A DNA stretch of 62,919 nucleotides, filler included, from Octopus bimaculoides (lineage: Eukaryota), in NCBI RefSeq assembly GCF_001194135.2. It is 8 parts of 7 records of this genome, joined end to end, with 100 filler letters (N's around TTAATTAATTAA, not from the genome) between each part and the next. Parts side by side here need not be neighbours in the genome. Positions count along the whole stretch, not along the records: positions 60,427 to 62,919 come from NC_069000.1; 7 more parts are not named here. One strand, written 5' to 3'. A program made the translations under genes and the position numbers. Within the stretch, counting starts at the first letter, position 1; each line of letters starts with the position of its first letter. The notes beneath the pieces were generated by a model that was not told the DNA's origin, searched no databases, and worked only from the letters and a program-made list of their open reading frames with translations. This document shows, piece after piece, positions 61,278-62,919 of this stretch.

Positions 61278-61439
61278 CCTTTTGTTATATTTCTGCTGCT
61301 TTTAAATAAAGTATATTACTCTACCTCTGGTATTTGAGTACTCTTTTTGCCAACGTAAAGAACCGGAACAAACACCACGAAGATATTGTCCGGCATTTTA
61401 ACAAATCCACCACATCCATCGTTATAATTTCCAGTAATA

Positions 61440-61653
61440 ATGATTTCAAATTTTGGCACAAGGCCTGCAATTTTGAGGAGGGGTAAGTTGATTTCAACGA
61501 CCTCAGTACTCACATGGTACTTATTTTTTTGGCTCCAAAACGAATGAAAGGCAAAGACGACTTTGGCGGAATTTGAACCCAGAAAATGAAAATCGAAGAA
61601 ATGCCTCGAAGCATTTGCCCGGCATGCTAACAATTCTGCCAGTTCGCCGCCTT
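61440..61653 (-). mobile_element. SINE family B
   Basis: tttcaaattttggcacaagg...gaatgaaaggcaaagacgac...ctgccagttcgccgcc. Confidence 0.85.
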
Positions 61654-62289
61654 TAATAATTCCCAGTAATAATGAGAGAGAATAACTTTCGTTGTTTTGT
61701 TTGTAACAAGGTGTTTGTGTTGTTTAGCTCCTTGTTATGTCTTTGATCACTAATGTTTCACAGACCTACGAGCAACGGAATTTCAGCCGTGATCATCCCG
61801 TCTTCTTCTTTTGTGCATTGAAGCCTGGGTTAGCTAATTCATCGACTTCTAAGCTGGTAGGGACGAGGTTTTTGGAGCAGGTCGTGCGATGCTTCTCCCT
61901 CGTTGGCTCGTATTCAAATAAGTGAATAAGCTATATACATCTCCTGTAGCTCCTGAAAAGCTCGGTGTAAATATTCTGGAATAGCAAATTTGCTCGTGTG
62001 TCATTTTCCATAAAGTGAATAGTTGTTGAAGTTGAGTTCTGGCCATTGTTTTTCACTTCTTCCTAAGCATGTGGTTAATAAAATTGCTTCCAGTTCTTCA
62101 TACGTTCTTCGGCGCTTTTCATACGACTATAAATAATTTTATGCAGGTTTTGTTGAACACTTAGTGGTACATATGGCCAATGGAGAAATGTTTTCTAATC
62201 AACGCTGAGAAATTTATGGCTATGTCGTACAGTATTTTTGTGCTCAAAATCTGATTGAAGTAAATGATTCTTCTTTTCCTGCTTTACTT

Positions 62290-62600
62290 ATTCCGACATT
62301 TTTGTTCTATAGACTCCCGTTTCTCCTTAAATTCGATTTTATTCAGCACATCATAACAGTGAGCAACGTGACTAAATATTGTTTCTCGGTGGACACTTTC
62401 GATATTCTCCCACCAAGGTTTCTAACAATATATATTTTTTTATGATCGTTGGTAGATGATTAAAATCGGATGAAAGGAATAACAAGAGGATAAAACATCG
62501 ATTAATGGAGTAATATTCGACTGGTAATGGTGGAGATTTGATAAGCTCGTACAAGTATGCAGATCGTTGTACTATTGGTCGAAAACAAACAAACATACCA
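62290..62600 (-). mobile_element. Possible Ty3/gypsy gag-like relic
   Basis: AYLYELIKSPPLPVEYYSINR...FLSSD...LETLVG loosely recalls the DLI..PP...Y..LK...F..S...L...LGD gag pattern. Confidence 0.25.
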
Positions 62601-62845
62601 TCCAGATAACACCATAGAAGTCCGATTTAGGGTCCAGTGAAGCCCTTATTAACGTCCTTTATAAAATCGCGGAGATATTTTCTTGAATGCATCCTTACAC
62701 CCTCATGATATTGCCAAGTAAATACTGAGAATATAGCTAGTTTAGCTTTCTGTGCCTTTTGTTATATGAACCATAAACACACATTTTGTTATGTAGTTGT
62801 ATAGCTTAGCTCATTCCATTAAACAGTGTAGCACACACACACACA

Positions 62846-62889
<44 letters not shown>

Positions 62890-62919
62890 AACACACACAC
62901 ATATATGCATATATATATA

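Larger units (their letters stand above)
61152..61316. mobile_element. 165-bp fold-back element made of two back-to-back hammerhead-containing arms
   Basis: 76-nt arms with about 7 differences and a 13-nt loop; the element abuts (AT)n. Confidence 0.88.

Overview
AT-rich, microsatellite-dense and heavily gapped animal genomic DNA (roughly 15% N by eye). It is most likely from a coleoid cephalopod such as Octopus; this is inferred from the SINE/LINE repertoire and is not proven. Most of the window is transposon debris: several SINE families, LINE fragments of the RTE, CR1/L2-like and R4/Dong-like (RLE) types, a truncated Penelope-like element (RT plus GIY-YIG), a TIR-to-TIR mariner carrying a nested SINE, and three further Tc1/mariner relics. 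Host coding content is one 420-codon uninterrupted orphan ORF (4756-6018) and a few small exons of an unidentified spliced gene (about 11.4-15.3 kb). The most interesting signal is a set of short non-coding T-rich elements that resemble Penelope pseudo-LTRs or retrozymes. Several carry minimal type I hammerhead ribozyme cores (61.2 kb back-to-back pair, 34.6 kb, and degenerate cores at 21.8, 26.0 and 54.4 kb). Two are fold-backs centred on the ribozyme. Three other family members share an unexplained reversed GAAA-N23/24-CUGnnGA motif. Seven TTAATTAATTAA linkers inside 100-bp gaps are assembly artefacts, so contiguity across them is uncertain. No homology search or folding program could be run; all family assignments come from motifs read by eye.
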